Source: Podarcis cretensis (lineage: Eukaryota). From it: a DNA stretch of 64,000 nucleotides. The DNA lies in NCBI GenBank assembly GCA_951804945.1, contig OX638159.1, positions 24,676,001 through 24,740,000 of the forward strand, read 5' to 3'. This document shows positions 13,501 through 25,282 of this stretch, one piece after another. Made by a program: the position numbers and the translations under genes. The notes under the pieces were generated by a model, which did no database searches, had not been told where the DNA came from, and worked only from the letters and a program-made list of their open reading frames with translations. Each line of letters starts with the position of its first letter. The first letter of the stretch is position 1.

Positions 13501-13777
13501 CTTGCACTTACCATTTCAAGAACTGTTTTGGGGATAGTGCTGTTTAAATTATTCAGGGTTGGAAGAAGTTAAACTTGCAAATTATACCAAATAAATCAAC
13601 TAGATGGAAGTAGCCTATGAAACTCCAGAAGAAGCTCACCAAATGGGGTTCCCTCTTGTGAGCTCAGAGTGTGTACAACATGGAAAAGAGAGAGAGATCA
13701 CTGCTACATACCCTATCATCTGAGTTGTAGTCTCTCTATGTGAAGTATATTGGGTGCTGGGTTGAAATGTATCCTAG

Positions 13778-14264
13778 TGTTAGGGACTGGACAGAGGAGG
13801 AATGGTGAAGAACCCCTCCTCCCCAGCCTGAACCTTCCAGGGAAGAGAAAGACAGTATAGATTTACAACAGTGGTTTGCAGGAAGTCACAGCTCAGAGGT
13901 AGATGAGGGGCAAGGTTGAGAAATAATGGAAGAAGAGGAGGGGAAGGCAGAGCCAGAGCAGTTGGCAGCCACTAGAAAGCATTCCAGACCCCCCTTTCTC
14001 CCAGAATCCGATGAGCATTGAAAGTAGAAGAGCAAAGGGCTCAAAGACAAATGGCCCTAAGCGGCCACCATAAGGTGGGTGGTGCTGTTGACGATTGAGG
14101 AGAGATGGGGGGGTGGAGATTACTCAGAGTAATGCCATTACTCCAAGAGGCTGCATTTCTAAGCCTCTCTATGTGAATATTGAATAAAAGACCTTGGTAA
14201 GAACCCTGTATTATCTATTGCCGGCAGCCTACCTTGGGGGGATCGGATTCCCTGACTCCTGACA
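13778..14264 (+). mobile_element. Solo LTR (Gypsy-like LTR retrotransposon)
   Basis: TGTTAGG...CCTGACA inverted termini, near-perfect 5-bp TSD CCTAG/CCTAT, internal AATAAA at 14183-14188, 487 bp long. Confidence 0.8.
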
Positions 14265-15499
14265 CCTATGATCTGTCATGGTATTGAGGGTCAGCAGTGC
14301 AGGAGTAGAATTGTGCCAGATTCAAGCTTGTATAAAATTGTATTGACAATTGGGTGTAAGTTTATACAACTCCTGTACAGTGAGTATAGTGGAAGTGTAC
14401 ATCCTACTCATTACTTCATCTTGTTTTAGCCACTCCATTGGGAAGTCTGGGCAGCACTCCTGATATATTTGTCATGGTGGTGCATCTTCTGTTCCATTAG
14501 CAAAATGATGCCAAATCCTACAACCTGTACACCGGCATAACACAGCAGTAGGATTGCTGTTAACTGCTCAGCTTTAACTGATTATGCACTTGGTAGTTGT
14601 AGATAAAGGCAAAATGTTATCAGAATTCACCTTGTGAACTAAAAAATGGTTTCTGAGTTGCTTACAATTTTAATCTATGAAAGTGAAAGTTTATAATGGT
14701 GGGGAAGCCACTGGTCATTATTGTAATCAAACAATCAACAGATTGGGTTAAACAGAAACCATTGATTTATCAAGTACAGAAATATAATCTAACCCTAGCA
14801 AATTGCATGATAGCACACATGATAGGGATTTGCTGTTACTAATGTGACAATGATATGTCCATCAGTTGATTTAGTTCTATCTTGTCTAGAGATGAAATTA
14901 ATTAAAATTGAGTTATTATTTCTTTCGATTAGCATTTCATTTTTAAAATGAAAAAATGTATACTTTTATGCACTGTTAATAGATTGAAATAACTTGACAG
15001 TTATCTAACTACGTTTCTGATTCTGGGACATTATAAGTCACACTGTCATTGAAATGTTCCAGTGGAAGTGTAAAATTAGAGACCTACGTCATATATCCCC
15101 AGGGCATTTAATTCCTGTAGCAGCTCAACAGTGTGAGTTCTTCCAGTACGCTGATAATGTTGCTTGTGAACCAGCCCTTGGAGGTGAGCAAGCCCTCATC
15201 TCCAAGGGCCACTCGCAGAAGTGGGAGCTCAGGAACCATTAACACACATACACAAAAATACAGTCAGCACACACACACAGTATGCCCTGTATACCAACTG
15301 ACCCATGGAAACCAAACCCACTGTTTGGTGGGCTGGGAAGGAGTGAGGATGTCCCTCCCCAGCACCTACTCACCCACAATAATTCCAGTATTGTCCTGCC
15401 TGCCAAACACTTGAGGGGATTCATCTCTCTCTACACATGCAAATCACAGCCCCTCAAGTGTTTGGTGGACTGAGATAGTACAGTTGTATTGGGGGATAT

Positions 15500-16450
15500 A
15501 GCTATGTCCTTCCCTAGTGCATTCTTTCCAACATAATCACCCTGAGGCGGTTCCCAGGGGATGGGAATGCAGTGTTAGCTTAGGCACCAATGGTGGGCTA
15601 CACAAAAGACATCCAAGGGCTGCATGCAAACCCTTGTTGCCCACATGTGCACTAGACAGTCTACCATTTGTGGGAAATAGGATCATCTTAAAGGATGGTC
15701 CTGGTTGTGGGTGGGCCCACAACACAGCCCCCCCCCTGCTGTGGGGGGAGTGATGCCCTTTATGCCAGGGTGGCACCACGATCACCCCATGACTCTTTTG
15801 GCCAATCGCGATTGAGTGGGGTGATCATGGGGGGTTATGAAAGCGGCATTGTGACATGTGCTGAGCACCTGCTTCACGTTGCCGGACACCCACCCACCCT
15901 CCCTTTTGTTTTAGGTACCCTCTGGCCTTGCTTTGGACTTTGGTTGGTCACCTGTCTTGGGACGGGTAGGATTTTTCCATTTGGCAGATTGGCACTGGCC
16001 ACTTGGTTTTCGCCTACCTTTAAGCAATCGCTACAACTTCATAAGGTTTGGCGGTTAGGCATTGGCTTATTGATGTGTGTGAGAGGGGAGGTTGGCCATC
16101 GCCTGCCTCTCCATGTTCAAGGGTATTCTGATAAAGGAATCCGGGGCCTGGATCCTGTACGAAGTCCGCTTGAGGGGCTAGGGCCATGCCAGGCCTCTGG
16201 GAACACCAGGGGAGATGCAGGCGGGTTCCCCCAATATGGCTTCCTCTTTGGGTGGTTTACCCTCCCTGACTCCCTGCAATGTGGGCAGGAGTCAGATAGA
16301 GTCTGTTGCCAATGACTAAGCAAATACCGCTCACATTTGCTGTAATCAATAAAGTTGTGGCCTAAATTTTGCCCATTAACCTTAAACCAAAATCTGTCTC
16401 TGTGAATTTATTTCTTCTGTGGGGCTGGCTTGGGGGCCTTGACACGCAAT
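15500..16450 (+). mobile_element. Probable DIRS/Ngaro-like retroelement terminal remnant (boundaries approximate)
   Basis: GC-richer island containing cacccacccaccctcccttt and a terminal caataaagttgtggcc motif that I associate with vertebrate DIRS-type termini. No RT or YR ORF visible. Confidence 0.4.
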
Positions 16451-18576
16451 ACACAATTCATGCTATTGATGTGATAGCGGGGAGGGGATTGCGCTGCTCC
16501 TCTGCCATGTGAATTAAGCGCCTACCCCATGGGATGTATGAGCTGGGGTATTTGCTGTGTTAAGGCATGTGAGTTCTGTTTTGTGTTTCATTCTATGTTC
16601 GTGTTGAAACACCAACAAATGTATCTTAGGGGACTTTCACTACACCCCTCTTTCAGGAGAGAGGAGGCAGTTTCTCCTCAGGTATAAGCACTGCAGTGGA
16701 ACATAGTTGCATGGCACATTCAGTAACTCCGTATCAAAGCTGACGAAGGCAGATAAATCAGTTTCCCATGTGCATGTGAGTGTTGTTTGTGGGAAGGGTG
16801 TTACTGGTTTGTTTGTTTCATTTAATTATGTATTTTGTGTTCTCATTTTGTATTTTTATGTTGTAGACCACCCTGTGATTTAATAAATTCATCATCATTA
16901 TTATTAGTAGTAAATGCATTACTTATTAAAACATTTTTTTCAATTAACATTGTCAGGCAGATGTTCTACCAATGCTTTTGCATTTTTCCCAGTAGTTGTT
17001 AGAGCTGTATCATCTGCAGCTGGCATCCTCCTGTCTCTTGCTTCAAGACATTCAAAATCTTCCGCTCTGTCAGTAGCTTGACCCTCTTGATGATTAAATG
17101 TAGAGATATGGCAGACTAGGTGAGATCAAATGTTGCCAGCAAGTTGAGTCACCTCCTGCGGCTATGTAGGAAAGCAATTTACTCAGGATGCATGCTTGAT
17201 AAAGCAAGTTTCAAGAATGAGCAAGTAATGAATGTACAAGACTTAAGTCTCTATGAGCGGTCAGATTTAGACACAACTGGACAATTAATTCTTGGGTTGG
17301 AAATGGGAATCAATATATGGTGATCCAGATAAAGCATGCAGATTTCTGAGGGATGGAGCTTTCTTTGTGGGTAAAAATACTCTGCATTATTATTTTTAAT
17401 TTTGTAAAAAATAGTTTCAATGTACAGAATTCCTTTTGTAAATGTATCATACTCATACTTACTTTTTGTTGGTTCATTAAATTTCAGTAGACCTTTTCAA
17501 TAGTGTCTATGTAAATGTGAAACTTTTTTCAGTTTGCATTGTGAGAAGAATATTAATACTTAATACTGCATTTACCTGGCTAATCTACATACATTTGTGT
17601 TGTACTGTAAATCACACTAAATCCTACAGGGGAAAGGCTCAGCTCTGCTAACAACTAATAGGCTCTCTTTTCTTTTGACTCCCGCAAATTGAGAAATATT
17701 GCCCATGGCAAACATAATGGGAAACTGCATTTTTAATGCTCCCACACAAACTCATTTCTTTACAAAGGAGGAAGCAGATGGCACTTCTTAAAAATGAAAC
17801 TTCCCAAATCTCTGGGGCTGACACAGAGTATTGGATATTTTGGTGCTTCTGGCTATCAGAATTAAGATTTGAGGGTTATATAAGGTTATGTGGATCTTGG
17901 ATTTGACTAATGTCAATGGTATTGTGCTTGAAATGGCTAAAGGCAAATCATTGCTATAAATACTTTTTTCACACACCCCAAAGAGCTTGTCGTTGTAACT
18001 TAGGCAGAAAACTGCCTGAACATCCTTTTCAGTCTTGCTTGTAGTGGGATAGAGTTGGCTCTGTTCTTGTGTTTGTGCCTTCAAAGTTTGCAGACTGACT
18101 AGGACCGCTTGACTGGTTTTTGTGACTTCTGGGTATCTATTCCAGTCTTGTAGACAGCTATTTTTTAGAATGACAAGAGAGAGAAAAATCTCATGGTTCA
18201 GATTTCACTCTCCCAGCATGGAATGACATCCTAATGGAGCTAATAATTCTGCATGGTTATTTTAAGATGAAGCAGGTGCTTCTAGGTCAGTTTCACCATT
18301 CAACACGTTGGGTTTACATCTTGCCTGTGACACTACACCAAACAGGGAATAATAGGGAGCCCTTAAGATTAGCTGTTCAGTAGTGCACATTGTTTGCAGC
18401 AGATACAGTATACAAAGAAAAGACAAAAGCAGAATTCAGTAAGGAATATACAGTAGTGATGAACAACATAATGAACAAATTGAATTGTCTGTGGCAGTGT
18501 TTCACAGAAGAGTAACTTAGTATGATCTCTCTTCATGAAACATTCTTACAATAGGACCTGGGTATACAAAAGAGTT

Positions 18577-18952
18577 GGGACGCAGGTGGTGCTGTGGGTT
18601 AAAGCCTCAGCGCCTAGGGCTTGCCGATCGAAAGGTCGGCGGTTCGAATCCCTGCGGCGGGGTGCGCTCCCGCTGCTCGGTCCCAGCGCCTGCCAACCTA
18701 GCAGTTTGAAAGCACCTCCGGGTGCAAGTAGATAAATAGGGACCGCTTACCAGCGGGAAGGTAAACGGCGTTTCCGTGTGCGGCTCTGGCTCTGGCTCTG
18801 GCTCTGGCCAGAGCAGTGATGTCACGCTGGCCACGTGACCCGGAAGTGTCTCCGGACAGCGCTGGCCCCTGGCCTCTTAAGTGAGATGGGTGCACAACCC
18901 CAGAGTCTGTCAAGACTGGCCCGTACGGGCAGGGGTACCTTTACCTTTACCT
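18577..18952 (+). mobile_element. Sauria SINE, same young subfamily with (GGCTCT)4
   Basis: Nearly identical to 9402-9773. TSD TATACAAAAGAGT at 18563-18575 and 18953-18965. Confidence 0.96.
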
Positions 18953-20113
18953 TATACAAAAGAGTAAGAAAACGTTGCTCAAATTTTTTTGCAAGCAAGT
19001 TACCATATCTTGGAATGAGGAAACTGCTTAAGCAAATACAGTATGTGCTGTTCAAGAGCAGGTGCTGTTCTTATTCTCTTCTAAGCAGATGCAAGTTATA
19101 CAGAGGGGCAGAAAAATATCTCTGTCTATCCCTTGACATCCACTTATCTTCACCACTAGCTTTGCTAGTGCCTAAAGGGCCAGAAAGACACTACTACTAT
19201 TTTGTACCTATGCTAGTTTTACAGAGTTTCAACAGACTCTGATTTCCCCCATCCAGTTTAGTCAAAAGAAAGTCTCTGTTTTTACTGATTAGGCTTGTCA
19301 AATATAGCGACTGATAGTTAATGTTTTCAGTTGGAGATAGGCCTGCTGAACTGGATGATTCTCTGGGCCCCTTCCAGGTCCACAATTTTGTTATTCTATA
19401 TGAACTAGGGAAGATTTAAAAAGTAGCTTTGGAATGAACCAGATAGCCCTTTTCCAGACAACGGGAAAGGAAATCTTGATTCACCCTAAAGTTCTTTTTC
19501 TTGTAGAAAAATGATTGTTGTCCAAAAAAAGTTGAGAAATCAGGATTTTAGTGTGACTAAAGCAAAAGGTAGCAACAAGAGACAGTAATTCATGGAAGGA
19601 ATTGAATGCCATGCTAAGGCGATTGATCCATTGATGCAAGCATGTTGGCTTGCCAGATGGATCAATCCTTCCCTCCTTCCCCCCACATGTTGTTCCAGGG
19701 GTTCTCCTGAGCCCTTGCAAAATCAATTGAGAGGGCGACACAGGGAGAAGGGAGGAGGGGAAGCCCCATTGAAAGGGGAAGTTTTTGCACAGGGCTGCTG
19801 CTGCTGAAACTCATTAGTTGAATCCCCCTGTGTGTTCTTTCTAACTCCAATTTAATTTCATGCAAGAAGTGTATTCCCCCCCTGTAAACAATAAACATTT
19901 TTCTTGCCAATGCAAATGTAAATAAAGTGCACGGTTAATATACCCATATTGTGGGTGTGTGCAACATTGTACTTGAGAAAGTGTGATTCAGGAAGCACAA
20001 TGGGGAAAGAGTGTGGTGTGATTAATTGCTTTCTTGCCTGTTGAGGAGAGGGAATGGGGGGACTTAAATAGGTATATCCATGTCAAAGAGTCAAATTATT
20101 GTTATTTCAAAAA

Positions 20114-20153
<40 letters not shown>
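20114..20153. repeat. (AAAG)n microsatellite
   Basis: Read directly from sequence. Confidence 0.95.
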
Positions 20154-22810
20154 GCTGTTTACTATAGACTGCTTGCCTTTAAACTGTTTATCAATGCATG
20201 AGCAGTTGAGCCTTGACTGAACATCTTAAATTTGCTTTGACTTTGACTAGCCCCATCCTACCTGAAATATCATGTCTGGTATTGTATTGAATGTAGGTTG
20301 TTAGCCTAAGATCAATTTGATGAAAGCTGTTCAGTAACATAACTGGATTGCAATTAACAAAACCTCAGTTCTTAGCATGATTTAGGGTTGGCATTGTGGG
20401 AGAGCAGGGCTCTTGTGTGATAACAGCTGTGTGGCAGGCAGGAGTTCAACAGATTAAGGCTTTTTAGCATGGAAAGACAATTATGGTGAAAGCTTCCATT
20501 GATGGCATTCTGTCTTTTAAGACATCTGATTGCTTGTGTGTAGCCACTTTGTATTTCATTGTTTCTAAATTTGCATATGTCTTTAAATTAGCATGTGCAC
20601 ATTTGTACTTGATTTTGAGGGTGAGGTGTCTGGCTAAATTGACATGCAGAAGATCCATGTTAGCACCCCTGATTGCAGATGTACCTTGAATTCACTAATC
20701 AGTAAGGGTTCATAGACGGAATCAGTGCTTGCTCAGATACTGAATACTTAATAAAGGTAGAGATCAGTTAATTTGTCAAGATACTATTTTTCTGATTAGA
20801 AAAGTTTAGCATCTGCTAGCATTTTGGAATGTGGATTAGCAATTCCTGGTAGTGGTTTAATTTTTGTGGATTGCTTAGTGCATTTTAAATGCAATTATTG
20901 TAGCTTTGTTTCAAAGTAAAAGAAGAACAAAGCAAGCAAGAAACTCAAAATCACCCTGCTCAAGTTACTAAAGGGATATCAATCTTATTCTTGGTACCTG
21001 ACATCATTCAGAGTGAAAGGGATCTGCATTTATTCTTGGGGATGTACTCTGTGAAAAGTAGTAACAAGCAAACAAACACAGAGCTCGTCAGGAGTGTGTG
21101 AATGAATGCAAAACTAGTATTTGGGCATGAAAAAGTAGAACTATCCCATGATATGCAGGTACAAAGCTACCATATAAGCACTAATCTGTCAGCAGTTTGT
21201 GCATTTTCTCCCTTTAGTTGTGGTAAAACTGGTTATAATCATAAAGAGAGCAGATGGAAACGATTGCCTTTCTGTTTTATTAGAGGAAAAAATACACCAG
21301 GTAGTTTATAGGATAGCAAAATCCATGCTGCCTTTATTTTGCAAAGGCAAATAATAGCTTCCAAAGTAAGAGCATAAAACTGACATCCTGCCTTTGAGTA
21401 TGTAGGCTGTCATTTGTAAAAAATCAATTAAAAGTCTGGATGGAGCAGGAAATAATCAAATACTCATTTTTGCTTAGGCTAACAAGGCAAGCAAATTTGC
21501 TTGTTAGGTAAGGAATACAGTATTCCGATTTTGTTAAGCATCCTGTCCTGTCTTGAGAAGGATTTGTATATTCATCAGGGGCCACAGGAAGGACACAGTT
21601 TCCTGGATGCCCCTACAGAGTGCAGTGCTGTGCCCTGTAACACATCAGTTACTGTAAATGTCAGTAGAGAGAGGGTTGCTGGTTTTTTTTTTTTACCAAC
21701 TTTGATTTAGTGAGAGCCTCCGGCCAAGCCAGCTGTTAGCACTTCTTAACTGCTTGTCAGTGAGTACCAGGCAGAGCAGGAAAGCATCATTGCTGTTCAG
21801 TTTTGTTTTGTGATTAAAAGAGGTAGGCAGGCACTTCTAACAAGTGCTGGCTTACTCTATTTGAACTCCCACCCCCTCTTTCTCTTGTGTTCCTCCCTTC
21901 CCTCCTTGAACTTGCCATTTTTTCCCAGAAAATATGCCTTGGAAACAATGACTCAAAGTCTGAAGGAGCCGGTTCATAATTCTTTTACCGTCGACATCTG
22001 CATATATCAATAATGAAGATGCAGTATATTAATGTCTACCTATAATCAACTATACAAAGCAGCAGCAAATTGAATTGAAAAGGGCATCATGCATGCTCAA
22101 TGAAAACAAAATTATCGAAGTTAGCATCTTCTGAGATCGTGGAAGCACTTGGAATATGCTCTGGAACAAGGACACTTGCTTAATAAAGCCACACATATTT
22201 TTTTAAGCAAGTCTTCCCAAAGTCCCTATAAGCCCCTCTTACCTTGAGGCTTAGTGTGTTGGTTATTGGCTGGCTGTGTACACAAACCACTAATCTCTTT
22301 TTGTCATCAAGCTCCAGTTCAAGTCTGTCACAAATACTATCCCTTGGTGCCTTTTACCAGCGCCTTATCACAAAGGCCTTTTTTTAGCACACGTCTCGTG
22401 GGCGCTGTCTGCCGAACCCTCTCCAAGCCAGCTGTCTAGTACAGGGCAGTTGGATTCTTTGCAGCATCCATAATCAAATGAATGGATTGTTTTCATAATA
22501 CCTCACCTGAGCTTTTCTCCTTTCATTTACGGCATTTCTTTGCAGCATTATAGAATCAACAGCAGCAGTTAATTATGTAGCACAATCAGTACGACACTTA
22601 TCTTCATCCAGTGTTATATCCCCAAATAATAATATACCTGTTGGTGGAAAGACTGACATCTGGATGTGCTACAAACCATGATTCCATTTTCCTGTGGTGC
22701 ATGGTCATATGACTAAAAATGCGCACATTTGGACCACTCAATGAGTCGTATGATCTACCACGTGCGTTAATTTAGAGGCAAACCAATTTCCACATCAATG
22801 CATATAATTA

Positions 22811-23143
22811 CAGTGGTACCTCGGGTTACATATGCTTCAGGTTACATATGCTTTAGGTTACACCCTCCACTAAGCCAGAAATAGTGCTTCAGGTTAAGAA
22901 CTTTGCTTCAGGATAAGAACAGAATTTGGGCTCCGGTGGCGCGGCGGCAGCAGGAGGCCCCATTAGCTAAAGTGGTGCTTCAGATTAAGAACTTTGCTTC
23001 AGGATAAGAACAGAATTTGGGCTCCGGTGGCGCGGCGGCAGCAGGAGGCCCCATTAGCTAAAGTGGTGCTTCAGGTTAAGAACAGTTTCAGGTTAAGTAC
23101 AGACCTCCAGAATGAATTAAGTACATAACCCGAGGTACCACTG
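22811..23143. mobile_element. Tc1/mariner (Tigger/pogo-like) MITE with internal 91-bp tandem duplication
   Basis: TIRs CAGTGGTACCTCGGGTTA / TAACCCGAGGTACCACTG, TA TSD on both sides, duplicated units at 22884-22974 and 22975-23065. Confidence 0.93.
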
Positions 23144-23632
23144 TATTAGCAGTTCATGATTCCTGAAAGCAGATTCATGATTTGCTGAAAGCAGGGATTT
23201 CATAAATGTAGCAGAGTTTCCAGTGTTTAAACGGCATCACATGATTATCCCCTAGACCCAGTAATGAAGAAATGAAACACTTTTCTTGAGGTGAAGAAGG
23301 ACCACAATTTTAGTAACTTTATAATCAGAATCTTCAACAGTTAACTGGCTTTTCTTAATACAGGTGACTCCCCACTGATGCGGGGGTTATGTCCCAGCCC
23401 CCACCCCACATAAACAAAATGAGAGTAAGTGGGGAGCCTTCTACAGTACATACAGATTCCCGCCCAACAGCTGTTGAACGGGGTAGCACAGCAGCAGCAG
23501 TGAGAGCTCCCATGTGTCATTTTGGAGCCTGGACTTTTGGCTTACTGGCTTACTGGCATCCTCTTCTGACTCTGAGGAGAGTCTCCTTGTGAGCCACAAG
23601 GACTTTCCAGCTCTGTAGCCATTTCAGCTTAG

Positions 23633-23676
<44 letters not shown>
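23633..23676. repeat. (GATT)11 microsatellite
   Basis: Read directly from sequence. Confidence 0.97.
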
Positions 23677-24676
23677 TCTTGGTGCAACACGTATATGCAC
23701 TCATACGAGAGTTGATTGTGCACAAGTGGGGCCAGATGTCTGTACTACATTCCCAGCCCCAATGGAAATGACTATTTCCTCTGTGGCAATGCAGACCATT
23801 TTACTGCAAGCCTCAGCCCAAAGTTCAGGGCAAGTTCATCCTGGCTTTTGCATCTCTTTGCCACAATGCAGACATATTTTACACTTATTTGGATCATTGT
23901 GTTTCTTGGATACAGAGCTCCTGTGACCTGAACTCCAATCTCAGTGTGTTCCTGTTGTGTGAGGAGGAATACTTTGTCAAGGTCTCCTTCTCACTGTGGC
24001 ACCTCTCTCTGGAGGGTCGGAGAACTCCTTGTAACAGTGGGAGAGAGCCCAGGGCAGAAGAGGGAATGCATTAAAATCAGCCAGGAAGAGGCTCCACTGG
24101 AATAGATTGCAGTCCTTTCTGTGAATGGAAGGAGTTCTTCCATTCATCCAGCCCCATACCAGTAGTTCTTGAAAAATATACTCAGTAGCAGCAGAAAAAA
24201 ATTCATTAGAATTTTTAAGTCACTGCAGATTTCAGGTAGTTATTATTTAGTATGTTAGCATGTGAAAATGATTTTCTGCACCTTACTACATCAAAAGTGG
24301 CCATGCAGACTGGCCCTTAGAACCAATTTGTAGAAGCAAGCTGGGTTGTTGTTCTTGTTGTTGTTGCTACTGTTGCTGTGGTTGTTGTTGCTGTTGTTGG
24401 CCTGAGTCTTATTGGGGTTCAAGGGTAGAGTCTGGTGGGTGGGTTCTGTGGCTTCTTACTTTGCACAGTTGTTATGCCACTCTTTCTTTTGAAAAAGAGC
24501 AGTGGTGTGGCCTTGAAGCTTCAGTTTATTGCTATTCAGACTGCCCCATATCATCTACTTTCTTCCTTTTTTAATGTGCTGCAGATGTGTTATCTTAGGA
24601 AAAGAAGAATGTACAGTACTACATTATGTCTGTAGGACAAAGAGTAACTATGCTTCCTCCCCCTTCTCTTCAACAG

Positions 24677-24742
24677 CATCTGCAATCCCTGATAATGGGA
24701 GGAGGTCCTGTCTAAAGCTGAAAGTCTTTGTACGGCCTGCAA
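24677..24742 (+). CDS. EFNA5: Ephrin-A5 coding exon 3 (66 nt, phase 1/1)
   Basis: Polypyrimidine tract plus caacAG acceptor ending 24676 and GTAAGT donor at 24743. Translates (S)[21 protein letters not shown](N), matching the recalled ephrin-A5 segment [23 protein letters not shown]. Confidence 0.97.
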
Positions 24743-24973
24743 GTAAGTTATTTAGATCTTGCTTAGAGGGTGGCTTTATAGCACATGCTTTGTTTGGTCT
24801 GGTAAACAGCAGTAAAAACTTCTTCTTTTTTACTCTTGAATCCTGTGTGGTATCTGTTCTATATAGCGGCTTTTTTGTTTTTGTTTTCACCATATCTTTT
24901 TTATCATTTTTCACAAAGCTTTTACTCTTATTTGTTTCAAGTACACAGCAGTTGCTAACTTGTTGTTTCTTAG

Positions 24974-25282
24974 ACTGTTGTACAAAAAGACAATTATTGT
25001 GGCGTTTGGAAGCATGCCACAACTAAGAGATACATACATATAATAGAAATAGAAATAGAAATCACATAGAGCAACAACAACAACAAAAAGGAAAATGGGG
25101 GATTNNNNNNNNNNNNNNNNNNNNNNNNNNNNNNNNNNNNNNNNNNNNNNNNNNNNNNNNNNNNNNNNNNNNNNNNNNNNNNNNNNNNNNNNNNNNNNNN
25201 NNNNNNNNNNNNNNNNNNNNNNNNNNNNNNNNNNNNNNNNNNNNNNNNNNNNNNNNNNNNNNNNNNNNGCCTCTATCCTCTG
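24974..25282 (+). other. Expected position of EFNA5 alternative exon 4: degenerate remnant and/or exon hidden in the N gap
   Basis: Branchpoint-like GCTAAC (24954-24959) plus tgttgtttcttAG ending 24973, then weak NSCMKTIGV-like similarity with a frameshift. Gap at 25105-25268. Donor-like G|GTGCGT at 25282/25283 and TGCATG at 25323. Confidence 0.4.
25105..25268. other. Assembly gap (164 N)
   Basis: Run of N. Confidence 1.

Larger units (their letters stand above)
1..24676 (+). other. EFNA5: Distal part of EFNA5 intron 2 (exons 1-2 outside the window)
   Basis: No exon-2 peptide (DYHIDVCINDYLDVFCPHY...FRPGREYFYI) in the ORF track or seen by eye upstream of exon 3. Confidence 0.8.

Noticed and set aside
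15695-16315. Longest ORF in the window (206 aa)
   Set aside because: No recognisable domain. It lies within a GC-richer transposon remnant where stop codons are rarer, and has no splice or Kozak support.
22811-23143. Repeated cttcaggtta motifs resembling a CRISPR-like repeat-spacer array
   Set aside because: These are internal repeats of a TA-flanked Tc1/mariner MITE; the spacers are duplicated rather than unique, and the context is eukaryotic.
23633-23676. (GATT)11 as an array of TGATTGAT PBX motifs
   Set aside because: A common tetranucleotide microsatellite; the motif match is a by-product without further evidence.
24193-24212. gaaaaaaattcattagaa, resembling the end of EFNA5 exon 4
   Set aside because: It lies upstream of exon 3, the match is short and AT-rich, and there are no flanking splice sites; most likely chance.
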